Source: Euglena gracilis (Eukaryota). Taken from it: a stretch of 64,000 nucleotides of DNA. Positions 22,990 to 36,724 of the stretch are shown here, piece after piece. The position numbers and the translations under genes are program-made. How positions within the stretch are numbered: the stretch's first letter is position 1; each line of letters begins with the position of its first letter. The DNA is taken from the NCBI GenBank assembly GCA_039621445.1, contig CP154954.1, positions 33,581,455 through 33,645,454 on the forward strand, written 5' to 3'. Below the pieces are notes generated by a model that saw nothing but the letters and a program-made list of their open reading frames with translations, did not search any database and was not told the DNA's origin.

Positions 22990-23293
22990 AGTGCAAATTG
23001 GAACAGTGATCGCTATGTTACAGCACAGATGGTAGAGCAAAGTACAGTGAAACAGGGATAGTACTTCCAGCCAACCCAGGGACCACTGGACCAGGGCCTG
23101 TAATTCCCTGGGGGGCATGAGGGTTCTTGCGCTGGCTGAAGGCATCACCGATGCCCAAGCCATTGCATGGGGCTTCATTTGACATGTCAGTTTGAGCTTT
23201 TCTGCTCCAGAGAGATAATTGTGTACCCTTTGATGAAACCTTTACTCAGAACGTCGTCGTAAAAAGTCGTCGAAAAGTCGTAGGAATTCGTCG

Positions 23294-23318
23294 CTTTCTG
23301 ACTGTCTATGTTTTTTCG
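23294..23318 (+). other. Euglenid spliced-leader-like exon relic CTTTCTGACTGTCTATGTTTTTTCG
   Basis: 23/25 match to the Euglena-type SL CTTTCTGAGTGTCTATTTTTTTTCG as recalled from memory. Confidence 0.65.
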
Positions 23319-24429
23319 TTCGCATATCATGTCGGACAACTGAAAGCCGGACCATCAGGATGCCCAAGGTGCCACAATCCCCTGGATCTCGTCCGTTGTC
23401 ACCGACACAATATTGTTCGGCGACACGGGGCGGTACAATCCTACCTCTTGGGGCTTGCTCAAAAGGCTGTGTTCTTAGCGAGACGAGAGGGAGCTGCCCC
23501 TGATGGTTCACGGCCCGGGGATGTCTTTGTCATGAGGTACGATGCCAATGGTCTAGCCGCAATCGACATGACGGTACGCCACCACTTAGCACCCTCCCGA
23601 ACACGACCTGGGACAGAGGACCTTGGCAGATGGCACGAATCAAAAGAGGAGGACAAAGTCAAGAAGTATGGTGCTGGCTGCCAACGAAGGGGTGGACGTT
23701 CATTCCCTTTGTCTTGGATTGCTATGAGGGCATGGGTGATGCGGCCCTTGCCTTCGTTGGCCAATGCGTACGTCTACTCATGGGGCAGCACGAATCGTGG
23801 GAGAGACGAGCAACGGAGGCCAACTGTTGGCAGGGCCTGAGCATGGCCCTGGCCAGGGAGCTGGCGAAGCAGCTTGCTTGGGGACAGTGCCCCGAGGAGC
23901 TGGCTGACGGTGGTGAAACAAGCCTTCATCAACCTTACTCTGTCCAGTAACGGGGAGGTGCAAGCATGCCGCCTACGTCAGCCCCTTAAGCCATGCGAAC
24001 CTTATGGCCAAAGCACCACGAACAAAGGCCCGTCGTGGCCACCTTCAATTACCCGCATTTTTCTACGCAGCTCTTCGGTGAGAGACTGCCCGATGACCGC
24101 CAAAGGCTTGGGAAAAGTTCCGCTCGGTACCTCCATCTCCGCCGCGTTGTAAACAAGGCGCGAGCTCCGTAGTGACGCATGATGACCCACGTGGCAGAGG
24201 ATTTTCAACCACAACCTGAGGACCTTGTGCCCGGCAGCTACTCCGGCTGTTGATCAATGGCTGCCCCACCTCGCACCCTTCTCTAAGCTCACATCTCTTC
24301 CCCTTTTCCCTCCCCTCCCATCTCCCGTCCCCAGCACAGACTGTCGCTTCTGTACATAGCCTTACCCCCTGAACACAAATCAAATCCAGTAGGCTGTGCC
24401 AGTGGTCTGTGGACTCAGTCCGCCCCACC
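23319..24429 (+). mobile_element. 5'-truncated CRE element D (RLE domain plus 3'UTR)
   Basis: CPRCH..RRHGAVQ, RPGDVFV, AIDMTV, KVKKYG, WTFIPFVLDC. Ends in the hairpin motif at 24386-24429. Confidence 0.88.
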
Positions 24430-24463
24430 ACCGCTTTGGCCAAAAATAGGCGGTTCCGAGTGT

Positions 24464-24486
24464 CTTTCTGACTGTCTATTCTTTCG
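24464..24486 (+). other. Spliced-leader-like relic CTTTCTGACTGTCTATTCTTTCG at the 5' end of element E
   Basis: Second independent SL-like copy, with a different upstream flank. Confidence 0.65.
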
Positions 24487-27400
24487 TGTCGCACAACTAC
24501 CATGTCTTGACTGCCCCTGGTGGGGTCCAAGCTCATTGAACATCTTCCCCATCTTGCAGATAACGTCGCCTGAAGCACAAGTATCAAGGAAAGGAAAGAA
24601 GTTCAAGTCGTCAACCAGAACATGAACACAGAGGAGGAGTCAATTGGTTGCCTGCGGAACAAGAGGCATCGCAGCGACAGTTCGGGTGTAAGCCACGACC
24701 CCGGTGTAGCACTTTTGGAGTTCGTAAGGGGCCAGGACGTGGTGAACCTCCGCTCCTCAGCGAGCAGCAGCACAGCCACCACCACCCCCAAGCCAAAGGC
24801 GCCATCAAGAAGAACACCCCCAAGGGGAGGGAAGGGGGCAGAAAGCAGGGAAACGCCACGGGTTCCCGTGGCACTCGGCCGCCACGTCGAAGGAAAGCAA
24901 GGGGATGATGCGGCGGCTAAGGACGATGAGGAAGAAGCAGAAGCAGAGGGACCACGAACCCTCATGTGTCCCTTTTCATCGTGCCCAGAAGCCCTCACCA
25001 CCAAGTCCCGCAAAGCATTGGTGTCGCACCTGGCCGCGCACCATGTGTCGCACGGCCAAGTGTTGCCGTCGGCAGTCCTCCAAATGCTGAGGGTACGGGT
25101 CTGCGCAGGCCCCTTCCGCTCACTCGTGCCCCAAAGCGAGAGATGCAGGAACTGCAAGGTGGCACCGCAAAGCCTCGACACCGCAGAGGCAACACGGGGC
25201 CCCGTGCCTCTCATCCCCCCGAGGGATGCAGCCGCGCCACAAACGGGAACACCAACCACAAGCCGATGCCCACAAATGACGCCCACGTTTGATGAGGTGC
25301 TCGTCGTGCATGTGCCCACAGTGAGACACATCCCAGCAATGTGTCGCACCGCCATCACCCAGGAGCTGGCACATCTAGTGAGGGATGTGGCAGTCCCAGT
25401 GCCAACATGGGAGGCGCTCCACCGTCTCATATGTTTCCCAAAGCTGGTCTTGCGTTAATCAGGCCGGGGTGGATGCAAGCACCAGCGGCACGCAGCACAT
25501 GACATGGACGGACGGCTGCGTCTCTTTCAGCAAGGCCAGTTGGGAACCTTGTGGGCCGAGGCGAAAAAAAAAACGCCCAAGCACGGCAGACCCCATTGGA
25601 CCAACCGGCGCGCACAAGGGCACAGGCCAAGCGGGAGGAGGAAGAGGAAATGTCACCATCACAGGTGGGGAAAATCAGGGCTTTGGTGGAGGAAGGCGCA
25701 CTGCCCAAGGCCGCTAAGCTGTTGGTGTCAGATGCGCTGGTCAACTTGCAGGAACCGGGTATGGAAGCCGTACTGAGGGACCTCCATCCCCCAGCACAGC
25801 CGCACTTGGTCCCGTCAGGGGATTTGCCCACCTCGATTGCCTGCCGCCTGGGGACGAGGGCATGCACGACGAGGAGAGCGACGAGCAGTGGTCCAAGCGG
25901 GCCTGGGCAGCCGTGGTCTCCTTCCCCCCGGGGTCTAAGTCCAATCCACCTCAGTGAGTGTTGCCGAAAGCTGGGGCCCGGGGGGGGGCCTGGTCCAAGC
26001 CCTTGGCAAGCTTGCTGCGACGGCCCTGACCACATCATTGCCGGAGAGCGTGCGAGAAGTACCATGCGCCTCCACGCTCATCCTGCTCCGCAAGAAGGAT
26101 GGGGGGGTGCGACCGATTGCCGTCGGTGACACCCTCCGGCGAGTGGTGGGCAAGTGCCTTCTCCATTCTGAAGCGGTGAGGATGTTGATGGCAGCCCTAC
26201 AACCGCGGCAGTGCGGGGTGGGAGTGCGAAACGCCGCCGAGATGGTGGGCATGGGCCTGCAACGCTCGTCCAGTCAAGCCACCTCCAAGGGGATAACGAC
26301 CACGTGGTGTTGCAGGTGGATATGTGCAATGCCTTCAACTTCATCAGCAGGGATGCAATGCTCCGGGGATGCTTGGCCAAGGTACACACGGCGTACAACT
26401 GGCTGCGCTTTTGCTACAGTGGACCAAGTCCGTTGTTCTGCCAAGGGCGCTTCCTGTGTACAAGCCAGATCGGAGTGCATCAAGGCGACGCATGCGGGCC
26501 CTTGGGATTTGCACTGGACTTGGACTACGCCCTTGACCAGTGCTTTGCCCGGGACTTGGCGCTTTGGCGGCGGCCACATCGTGGGGAAACCAGCAGTGGT
26601 GTTGGCCCGCCTCCATGACATCAGCACGGTCCTAGGCCTAGGCCTAGCCCTAGGCCTCCACCTCAATTTGGCCAAGTGCAATTTTTGGGGACCTGGGATG
26701 CAGAACAGTCTATCAAGCCGGGCCACATTACCCAGACGGTTTGGCAGAAGACCACTTGGGAAGACAAGTGCCCGTGATTCCTTTTGGAGGACAGAGGGGC
26801 ATCACGACCCTGGGCGTCCAGATTGATGCCCCGCGGGAGCATCACACAGCACAAGAGGACACGCCAAGAGCACCACAATGCCAAGCCGTATGGGAAGAGA
26901 CCGTGGACAGGGCGACCTTGCTCCTGTAACGGCTCAGGGGCCACCCAGAGGGGCAAGAGCGGCACGCACTCTTGCGGTACTGCCTTGACGGATGTCGGGT
27001 GGTCCACTTCCTCCGATCAACGGAGAGAGAAAACGCACGGGACTGCCCGCTCATTCTCAGGGCATGGCTGGAGGAAGCCGTACAAGATCTCCTCGGACTG
27101 GGAATCACCGAGAGTTCACGGGATCAAGTCTCCCTGCCCATCCGCCAAGGGGGACTCGGAATCTCGGACCCCGACGTGTTGCAACCCGCGGCACGGATGG
27201 CGGCCTTGTTGAACCTGGGCAAGCAGTGGGGGTGCCAGCCTCGGTGTTGGCAACCCCATCCCCGGAAATGCAAGACAGGCTACAACGGTTGCATCAACAG
27301 CTTGGCCCCAACGTGGATCCCGTGGCCAGCTGGCCCGCAGGCACCACCCCACTCTCTCCGCAGCACCAGAACACGCCTCCCAACGGTGGTGGGCGGAGAA

Positions 27401-28314
27401 AGTGGCGGAAATGCAGAGCCAGTGAGTCGACGCGGTCGGCTTTGCCAGGGACCGGCTGAGAAGGGCTTGCCAAAAGGGACCGGTGGAAACGGGATGGCTA
27501 CGGACTTTGCCCAGAAAGGCACAGCACACAGCTTTCTCGGACATCCAATACTGGCTGCTACTGCAGTGGTGGCTTGGCCTGTCCATCCTCCCTTCAGGGG
27601 TCACGCTGCAGGGGTGCCCACTGTGTCGAGGGTCCATTGACCCCTTCGGGGATCATTCGTCTGCTGCGAGCAGAATGGAAACACCGAACGGCACAATGCA
27701 TTCCGAGATGCTTTTGCAGCGATGTGTGCCCTGTACAACATTGCGGTGGAGAAGGAGGCAGAGTGTTTGGCGAACAACAGACCGGCCGATGTTCTCCTCA
27801 TCAACTGGTCACAGGGGCAACGAGGCCTTCGGACCTCTGCCAGGCGGTGCTGTTTGAGGTCACCAAAAGGGCCACCGCAGACATGCGGGGATGGCCAAAG
27901 ACAAGGGCCATGAAAGAAAAGCAGGAAGCACTATCGGTGACACTCATGCGCCACGTTGCGCGGCAGGTATCCGCCAAGGACCGCGTGGAGCAGGCCCTCC
28001 ACCCATGGTAAGTCCCCAACCCCCACCGCAGACAGCACCAAAAGCGCGCAAGACCAAGGCCAAGACGGCCACAACCCGCAAATCGCGGAGGTTCACCACG
28101 GAACCACCCCCCCAAAAGGCGCCCCCCCCCACAAAAAAAAACGAAGCCGCCAAAAAAAACAGAGCCCACACGCCAGGCGAAAGGTATCCGCCCAACGAGG
28201 CAACAAATGGGAGTGGAGCCGGCAAAAGCAACGCACACGCAAAGGGTAGCCCGCCCGCCCCGGACTCCACAAGGTGAGAAGAGAGTGCGCGCGCGACCCA
28301 GCAAGCCGGCTATA
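24487..28314 (+). mobile_element. Heavily decayed CRE element E (N-terminal C2H2 finger, RT, RLE); cut by the assembly gap
   Basis: CPFSSC...HLAAHH, CFPKLVLR, KKDGGVRPIAVGDTLRR, QVDMCNAFN, GVHQGDACGP, LPIRQGGLGI, CPLC, RPADVLL; many frameshifts. Confidence 0.88.
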
Positions 28315-28327
28315 NNNNNNNNNNNNN
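28315..28327. other. Assembly gap (13 N)
   Basis: N run. Confidence 1.
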
Positions 28328-31300
28328 CGGACCCCCCCCCCAGCCATAATATCGGGCACCTTGGGGGACTCTGAAAAATCAGGTCTACGGGGTCCCCCCC
28401 ACCCCTTTCCTCCGACAAGCATGGGGAAACGGGTCTTTGAACACAGATCTGAAAAACGATTACAAACGAAACAAACACTGGGCACTCCACCCCAAGGCCT
28501 AAGTCCTACGCTGCCCCCCTTGGTGAAAATCCTTTTTGGCAGCTTTCATTGTGTGAGACTTCATTTGTCGATTTTTTTAAAAAAAATCAGGGACTTTGGC
28601 CAACAGCGCCTCAGAAAATGACTTGTGTGGGGAAAAGAAAAAGAGAAACCTAGGCATTCCTTTCCAATTCGGGACAGTTGGGTAAGAAAAAGGCAAATGG
28701 TAAGCAAAAGTGAAAAGTGAGAGGGTAAGCGGTCATATGGAATAGTGTACAATGGGTGTGCGGGTTCGTGTGCGTGTGCGGTTGTGTGTTTTGTGTGTAT
28801 GCACGCTCACTTCCTTGTCATGCATTCCAACCGAAAATGACTGGGCTGACTTTTTTGAACGCAAAGAGAACAGGGCTTCACATTGGCCCACAGCCACTAT
28901 ATCACAGGGCTTTAGTGCCCACGTGGCTGGTTTTTTTTTTTCATTGGCCCACAACAGGGCCTATGGACGGAGGAGGGGTCATCTCCGGTCCAGGGTCCCC
29001 CCCCCCGAGTTCGGATGCCTCCAAGCTGTGTTCCATGAAAAAATGCCTTTGACCAATATCCATTATCCAAACCGAATCAAAAAACTGAGTTCTAAAGCTC
29101 CAACTCGTTTTGTCGTCCACCAGAAAAATTATTAAAATCCCAGGCTTTTTCCAACTCTTTGTGTAAAAATCCTCCAGCAACAAAAATCATCAAAAAAATC
29201 AAAAATCTGGGTCCAACGCAGGGCCTACAAAAGCCCTCAACAAAATCCAATCCAGAATTCCAACCTCTGACATCCAGCTGAGAACAACCAACCCAAACAA
29301 AAGCATCCAGCAGCATACCGTTGTTGAGGGGCCAGGCCATCCGGCCCAGCTGTGGGTCCAACCGATTCACTGGAGCCGTAAAACCAACAAATCCGGCTTG
29401 CCAATTTAAATTCACTGCCCCCCCCCCCCAATCACACGGGGCAATGGGGGTCAAATGACATGGCAAACTCAAAAATACTGAAAATTCAAATCCAATTTTC
29501 TCAGCCAAAGCGATTTTTCGCTGCCCCCCCCCCACCAGTCACATGGGGCCATGGGGGTCAATCTGGCTTCAGCCTCCAAACAAAAAATCACAAACCTGGG
29601 CCGTAATATCCAAACCGACTGAAATCTCACACATGTCAAAGGACGGGCCTTCACAATGTCGCCCCCCCCCCCACCGTCAACCAATGTGGGGAGGGCCATG
29701 GGTTAAAAATTCCTGGCTGCAAAATCAGAATCCCCATTCGACAAATAAAATGGGGAAAATGGAAATTTCATCAAACCCCGTCACATCTGGGGTGTGACCA
29801 AAACAATCACGGTCACAATATGATGCATTCCTGTCCCCACCCAAACGTCTCACAGGGGTATCCAATTCTGAGTCAAAAAATTCCAACCGTAAAGCCAAAA
29901 CTGATTTTGATCCACCACACCAACAAAAAAAAGGGCTCAACACAGCCCCCCCCCCAGCTGCACGAGGGAGGAGAAAAAATGGCTCCAAACCACATGCAAA
30001 ATCCTGAGACCTAAAAACATGAAAAATCTGATTCAGCGCTGTGGGAGCAGCCAACCTGGGCCTGGACCTGGGCTTTGGCCGTGCATCGGGCCACTGCCCA
30101 CTGCAGGCTCTTGAGGTCGTTAAGCTTCTCTCCCCAGCACTTCAGTAAAATAAATGTACCCACCATTCTGGGATTCCATAAACGATCCACAATTGTAATC
30201 ATGCCAATCGTAATCATGTGATTCAATTGCTTGGGTCCCATTGATGTCATTGAAATCGGTTCTCATCTCATCGAAATGTTCATCCCAGTCTTTGAAGTCA
30301 ATTCTTTGCAAACTGTTGAAGTCTTTGAATTCAATAAATTCAGTCAAAATCCTTGATAACTTGACTGCTTTGCTCCTTCATTTCGTGATTGCTGCTTGAA
30401 CCTGCATGACAAGGCACACACACACGCACAAAATTCACCACTGGCAACACAGAAGGCAGATTTCTGAATTTTCTCACTGAACCGAACCTGAAAATGCCAC
30501 TGAACTCTGAACCAAAACGGCACTTAAAATCTGTATCTTGATCCATCAAATGGGTCACACGAAAACTGTATAAGCAAGTCTCAAACTGCAAAAATTACCA
30601 TTGGGAGTTTTGCATTGTGAGGCGTCCCCCACTTCTGAGTTTTTTTCCCTCAAGCAAACTCCACAGCCGAAAAAATGCCGCAGAAAGTGTTACCCACAGA
30701 TCAACAGATTTTTCACTGAAAAACTGAACTGAATGCCACTGATGATGCCACTGCTGGGCCCAAAAATGAATTTTCCTCAGGGGTGTCTTTTCCTCCTGGG
30801 GTTAATCCACCTTGGTTCCCAAGACTGAAAAACTGAAAACTGTTTCCTGAGCCCTTAGATGGGTGGCCACAGGGGTGTTTATTCCTGGCCTGGGTCTAGC
30901 CCCACCCTCGGAACCCCTCTTTGCGCGCTTTCCAAAAACCTTTTTGGTTCGAGTGGTCCATTAGAGGTCTCCCCTGCCTCAGGATTTGGCAAAAACCCAG
31001 ATAAAACCTGCCACAGGACTGCTGGGCTGCCACACTCGAAAACCACAATAAAACTGGACTGAAAAATACCAAAAAACTGTGCCGATTCTCCAACATATGT
31101 CCCTGTCCGGGGGTAAGTTTCTCTCTGGAAAAACTGTCCCGTGACAAAAGGGACCAGCAAAAACACAAACCAAAATTCCAACCTGAAATGTCTGATTTGT
31201 CCCCGTCGGGGATGGTGACACATGTCAATGCCGTGCCCCACCCCAAATGACATTTGGGACAAGAACCGAAAACTGAAAACTCTGAAACTGAAACTGAAAG

Positions 31301-31636
31301 ATCATTGATGTGGCTGCCTGAACACTAGGAGAAATTCCCAAGCATCGTGGCTGGGCGTCTCCATTTAAGTGGAAAGCAACTGGGGAAAAACATGCACCCC
31401 AGAAACCAGATTCAAAATGTTTGTCTTGGCTGTTTTTCCATAAGCCAAACTCTGTAAACTGAAAATCCAGATTTAAACTTCTGGCTGATTACGCATCTGC
31501 CTCCAACACCAGATCACCATGAAAAACGTATTACAAAACAATCACAAAGCCACAAGCAAACCACAAAAACATACTGATCTGTAAAGTGCTGTGCGGTGCC
31601 AGTCAGTGGTTAGACCTGTGAAAAGACCTCAAAAAA

Positions 31637-32983
31637 TCACCACCACCAGTGATGCGGTGGAAACCACCACCAGCTGTTCCAGGGATTTAAATGCCAGTCC
31701 CAACCCCACCAATCTTGAAACCAACTTGGTCTCAAAAACTGAAAGTCGTTCCAACTGCTTTTGGCAGGCCTCCAGAATTTTTTTGTCTGTCTGAATTTTC
31801 TTGGCTGTGCGGCAAAATCTGAGGAAGATTTCTCAGAAGACACTGATGACGGCTGCAAATTTGTGACATGTCCAGAAGTCAGGTTCACAGGCACAAAATT
31901 TTCTGGACTTGGAAATTTTTCACTGGGCTGTAACTTTTCAGTCATTTCAAACATTTTCAGCCGTTCCTCCAGAATCTTTTCTTCACTCTCCAGCCGTTTT
32001 GACAGAGCCTCGCCCTTCTCACACAGGGACTGGATGCTTTCAGAAAAACGGTGTTCAATTTCACTGCAAGTTCGTGTCAAAAGGGCATGAAAACCATCTG
32101 CCAAATTTCTCAGACGGGTTTCAATTTCAGCCATCCGTCCCTCCAAGTGGCTGGACTCACTTTGGCTGGGCACTTCCTCCAGTTTCGTCAGCCTCTCGTT
32201 CAGAGAAAAAGTGTTTGAAAACAATTCTGTGATACCTGCCTCAACTTTTTGCCACCACTCATCCGAAGGGTCATAAAAAGTTTCAGGTTTTGCGACCTCT
32301 GAAGTTTCCACACTGTCTGATTTGACACTCAGCTGTCCGGATTCAGATTCACACCGCACAACTCTCATTTGCAAAACATTTGGACAATGGTCAAACTATT
32401 TTTGTTTAACTTCAGGTTCTCCTGGCAGTGAACTTGTTGGGCTTACCCCTGACGGTTTACAAGATTGACATGGAGAAGATGAGTCAGGGCCATGAGAATG
32501 TCCAATGGCTGCTTCACATCTGAGTTTCCAAAACTCCCTCTGAGACGCCAGAAGTTCAGCCTCCCTTTTTCTTTGTTCCTCTGTTTGGGTATCACTGAAT
32601 TCAATTCCCAACAATTTGAATTGGTCACTGTCAGTGAAGCCACCTCTGCGTACCATGTTGGGGGTCTTGGGGGACCCTGCTCGCCCGGGGGGGCTGCTGC
32701 TTTCGCTGGGGCCACAATTTCCCTTTTCTGGCCCTGGTGGGCTCAGGCCAGGGCCTTTGGCAAGTTGGGCCCCGTTCTCAAATAAATCCACAGGCGGTAA
32801 TGGGGGTGAGGTGTGCCCCCCCGACCCAGGTCCCCCTGTCTCCCCGCGTAGGATCGTTTTTAGCCTCCACTGTTTTGCCTTTTCAAACATTTGGATCAAA
32901 AGGTGAGCAAGGACAAAACCAACCCACCTACTTAGGATCAAACAGCAGAGCACAACAAACCTGGGGCTTGAGAGGGTGGGCAA
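31637..32983 (-). pseudogene. Tandem-unit coiled-coil ORF, interrupted copy
   Basis: ORFs 32396-32983 and 31637-32374, with a stop and a small deletion relative to 13541-14941. Confidence 0.6.
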
Positions 32984-35900
32984 GTACCTTTGAATTCAGG
33001 TGTTGAGTGGGAGAAAGAATGTGGAAATGAATGAATTGATTTCCTTGGATAATTCAATTGTCCTTTTTGATCTTTCAATTTTCAATTGACTTTTGTGCTC
33101 TTGTGATTCTCAATTCGAATTCTCAAATTCTTGCTGGAATTTGCTGGTGTTCCAATTCCACTCGCGTGGCGGTTGACTTGCTTTGGATATTCCTACTGTG
33201 GTTTTTGGGAATTTTCTGGGAAATTTTTGGCTGCCGACGCCAGCGGCAGCCGACACCCCCTCCCTTGCGACGTTAGTCGGACCCGTTTTTCTGCCCCCCC
33301 CCCCGAACAAAACCGGGGAGAGTGAAAATGATTTTTTTTGTGGGGGGCGAAAATTCTGTTTTTTTTTGAAACGGGTCCTGTCGCTTTTTTTTTTGAAAAT
33401 CTGTGTTACGAGTCGGACCCCCGCCCCAGCCATAATATCGGGCACCTTGGGGGACTCTGAAAAATGAGGTCTACGGGGGAAGCCCCCCACCCCTTTCCTC
33501 CGACAAGCATGGGGAAACGGGTCTTTGAACACAAATCTGAAAAACGATTCCAAACGAAACAAACTCTGGGCACTCCACCCCAAGGCCTAAGTCCCACGCT
33601 GCCCCCCTTGGTGAAAATCCTTTTTGGCAGCTTTCATTGTGTGAGACTTCATTTGTCGATTTCTTTAAAAAAAATCAGGGACTTTGGCCAACAGCGCCTC
33701 AGAAAATGACTTGTGTGGGGAAAAGAAAAAGAGAAACCTAGGCATTCCTTTCCAATTCGGGACAGTTGGGTAAGAAAAAGGCAAATGGTAAGCAAAAGTG
33801 AAAAGTGAGAGGGTAAGCGGTCATATGGAATAGTGTACAATGGGTGTGCGGGTTCGTGTGCGTGTGCGGTTGTGTGTTTTGGGTTTGTACACGCTCACTT
33901 CCTTGTCATTCATTCCAACCGAAAATGACTGGGCTGACTTTTTTGAACGCAAAGAGAACAGGGCTTCACATTGGCCCACAGCCACTATATCACAGGGCTT
34001 TAGTGCCCACGTGGCTGGTTTTTTTTTTCATTGGCCCACAACAGGGCCTATGGACGGAGGAGGGGTCATCTGCGGTCCAGGGTCCCCCCCCCCGAGTTCG
34101 GATGCCTCCAAGCTGTGTTCCATGAAAAAATGCCTTTGACCAATATCCATTATCCAAACCGAATCAAAAAACTGAGTTCTAAAGCTCCAACTCGTTTTGT
34201 CGTCCACCAGAAAAATTATTAAAATCCCAGGCTTTTTCCAACTCTTTGTGTAAAAATCCTCCAGGAACAAAAATCATCAAAAAATCAAAAATCTGGGTCC
34301 AACACAGGGCCTACAAAAGCCCTCAACAAAATCCAATCCAGAATTCCAACCTCTGACATCCAGCTGAGAACAACCAACCCAAACAAAAGCATCCAGCAGC
34401 ATACCGTTGTTGAGGGGCCAGGCCATCCGGCCCAGCTGTGGGTCCAACCGATTCACTGGAGCCGTAAAACCAATAAATCCGGCTTGCCAATTTAAATTCA
34501 CTGCCCCCCCCCCCCCAATCACACGGGGCAATGGGGGTCAAATGACATGGCAAACTCAAAAATACTGAAAATTCAAATCCAATTTTCTCAGCCAAAGCGA
34601 TTTTTCGCTGCCCCCCCCCCCCAGTCACATGGGGCCATGGAGGTCAATCTGGCTTCAGCTTCCAAACAAAAAATCACAAACCTGGGCCGTAATATCCAAA
34701 CCGACTGAAATCTCACACATGTCAAAGGACGGGCCTTCACAATGTCGCCCCCCCCCCCACCGTCAACCAATGTGGGGAGGGCCATGGGTTAAAAATTCCT
34801 GGCTGCAAAATCAGAATCCCCATTCGACAAATAAAATGGGGAAAATGGAAATTTCATCAAACCCCGTCACATCTGGGGTGTGACCAAAACAATCACGGTC
34901 ACAATATGATGCATTCCTGTCCCCACCCAAACGTCTCACAGGGGTATCCAATTCTGAGTCAAAAAATTCCAACCGTAAAGCCAAAACTGATTTTGATCCA
35001 CCACACCAACAAAAACAGGGCTCAACACAGCCCCCCCCCCCCCAGCTGCACGAGGAGGGAGAAAAAATGGCTCCAAACCACATGCAAAATCCTGAGACCC
35101 AAAAACATGAAAAATCTGATTCAGCGCTGTGGGAGCAGCCAACCTGGGCCTGGACCTGGGCTTTGGCCGTGCATCGGGCCACTGCCCACTGCAGGCTCTT
35201 GAGGTCGTTAAGCTTCTCTCCCCAGCACTTCAGTAAAATAAATGTACCCACCATTCTGGGATTCCATAAACGATCCACAATTGTAATCATGCCAATCGTA
35301 ATCATGTGATTCAATTGCTTGGGTCCCATTGATGTCATTGAAATCGGTTCTCATCTCATCGAAATGTTCATCCCAGTCTTTGAAGTCAATTCTTTGCAAA
35401 CTGTTGAAGTCTTTGAATTCAATAAATTCAGTCAAAATCCTTGATAACTTGACTGCTTTGCTCCTTCATTTCGTGATTGCTGCTTGAACCTGCATGACAA
35501 GGCACACACACACGCACAAAATTCACCACTGGCAACACAGAAGGCAGATTTCTGAATTTTCTCACTGAACCGAACCTGAAAATGCCACTGAACTCTGAAC
35601 CAAAACGGCACTTAAAATCTGTATCTTGATCCATCAAATGGGTCACACGAAAACTGTATAAGCAAGTCTCAAACTGCAAAAATTACCATTGGGAGTTTTG
35701 CATTGTGAGGCGTCCCCCACTTCTGAGTTTTTCTCCCTCAAGCAAACTCCACAGCCGAAAAAATGCCGCAGAAAGTGTTACCCACAGATCAACAGATTTT
35801 TCACTGAAAAACTGAACTGAATGCCACTGATGATGCCACTGCTGGGCCCAAAAATGAATTTTCCTCAGGGGTGTCTTTTCCTCCTGGGGTTAATCCACCT

Positions 35901-36724
35901 TGGTTCCCAAGACTGAAAAACTGAAAACTGTTTCCTGAGCCCTTAGATGGGTGGCCACAGGGGTGTTTATTCCTGGCCTGGGTCTAGCCCCACCCTCGGA
36001 ACCCCTCTTTGCGCGCTTTCCAAAAACCTTTTTGGTTCGAGTGGTCCATTAGAGGTCTCCCCTGCCTCAGGATTTGGCAAAAACCCAGATAAAACCTGCC
36101 ACAGGACTGCTGGGCTGCCACACTCGAAAACCACAATAAAACTGGACTGAAAAATACCAAAAAACTGTGCCGATTCTCCAACATATGTCCCTGTCCGGGG
36201 GTAAGTTTCTCTCTGGAAAAACTGTCCCGTGACAAAAGGGACCAGCAAAAACACAAACCAAAATTCCAACCTGAAATGTCTGATTTGTCCCCGTCGGGGA
36301 TGGTGACACATGTCAATGCCGTGCCCCACCCCAAATGACATTTGGGACAAGAACCGAAAACTGAAAACTCTGAAACTGAAACTGAAAGATCATTGATCTG
36401 GCTGCCTGAACACTAGGAGAAATTCCCAAGCATCGTGGCTGGGCGTCTCCATTTAAGTGGAAAGCAACTGGGGAAAAACATGCACCCCAGAAACCAGATT
36501 CAAAATGTTTGTCTTGGCTGTTTTTCCATAAGCCAAACTCTGTAAACTGAAAATCCAGATTTAAACTTCTGGCTGATTACGCATCTGCCTCCAACACCAG
36601 ATCACCATGAAAAACGTATCACAAAACAATCACAAAGCCACAAGCAAACCACAAAAACATACTGATCTGTAAAGTGCTGTGCGGTGCCAGTCAGTGGTTA
36701 GACCTGTGAAAAGACCTCAAAAAA

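Noticed and set aside
23050-23178. Start of the 285-aa ORF 22321-23178 as element C's N-terminus
   Set aside because: KPHAMAW..QWSLGW is a pre-zinc-knuckle fragment of another CRE copy, fused by chance.
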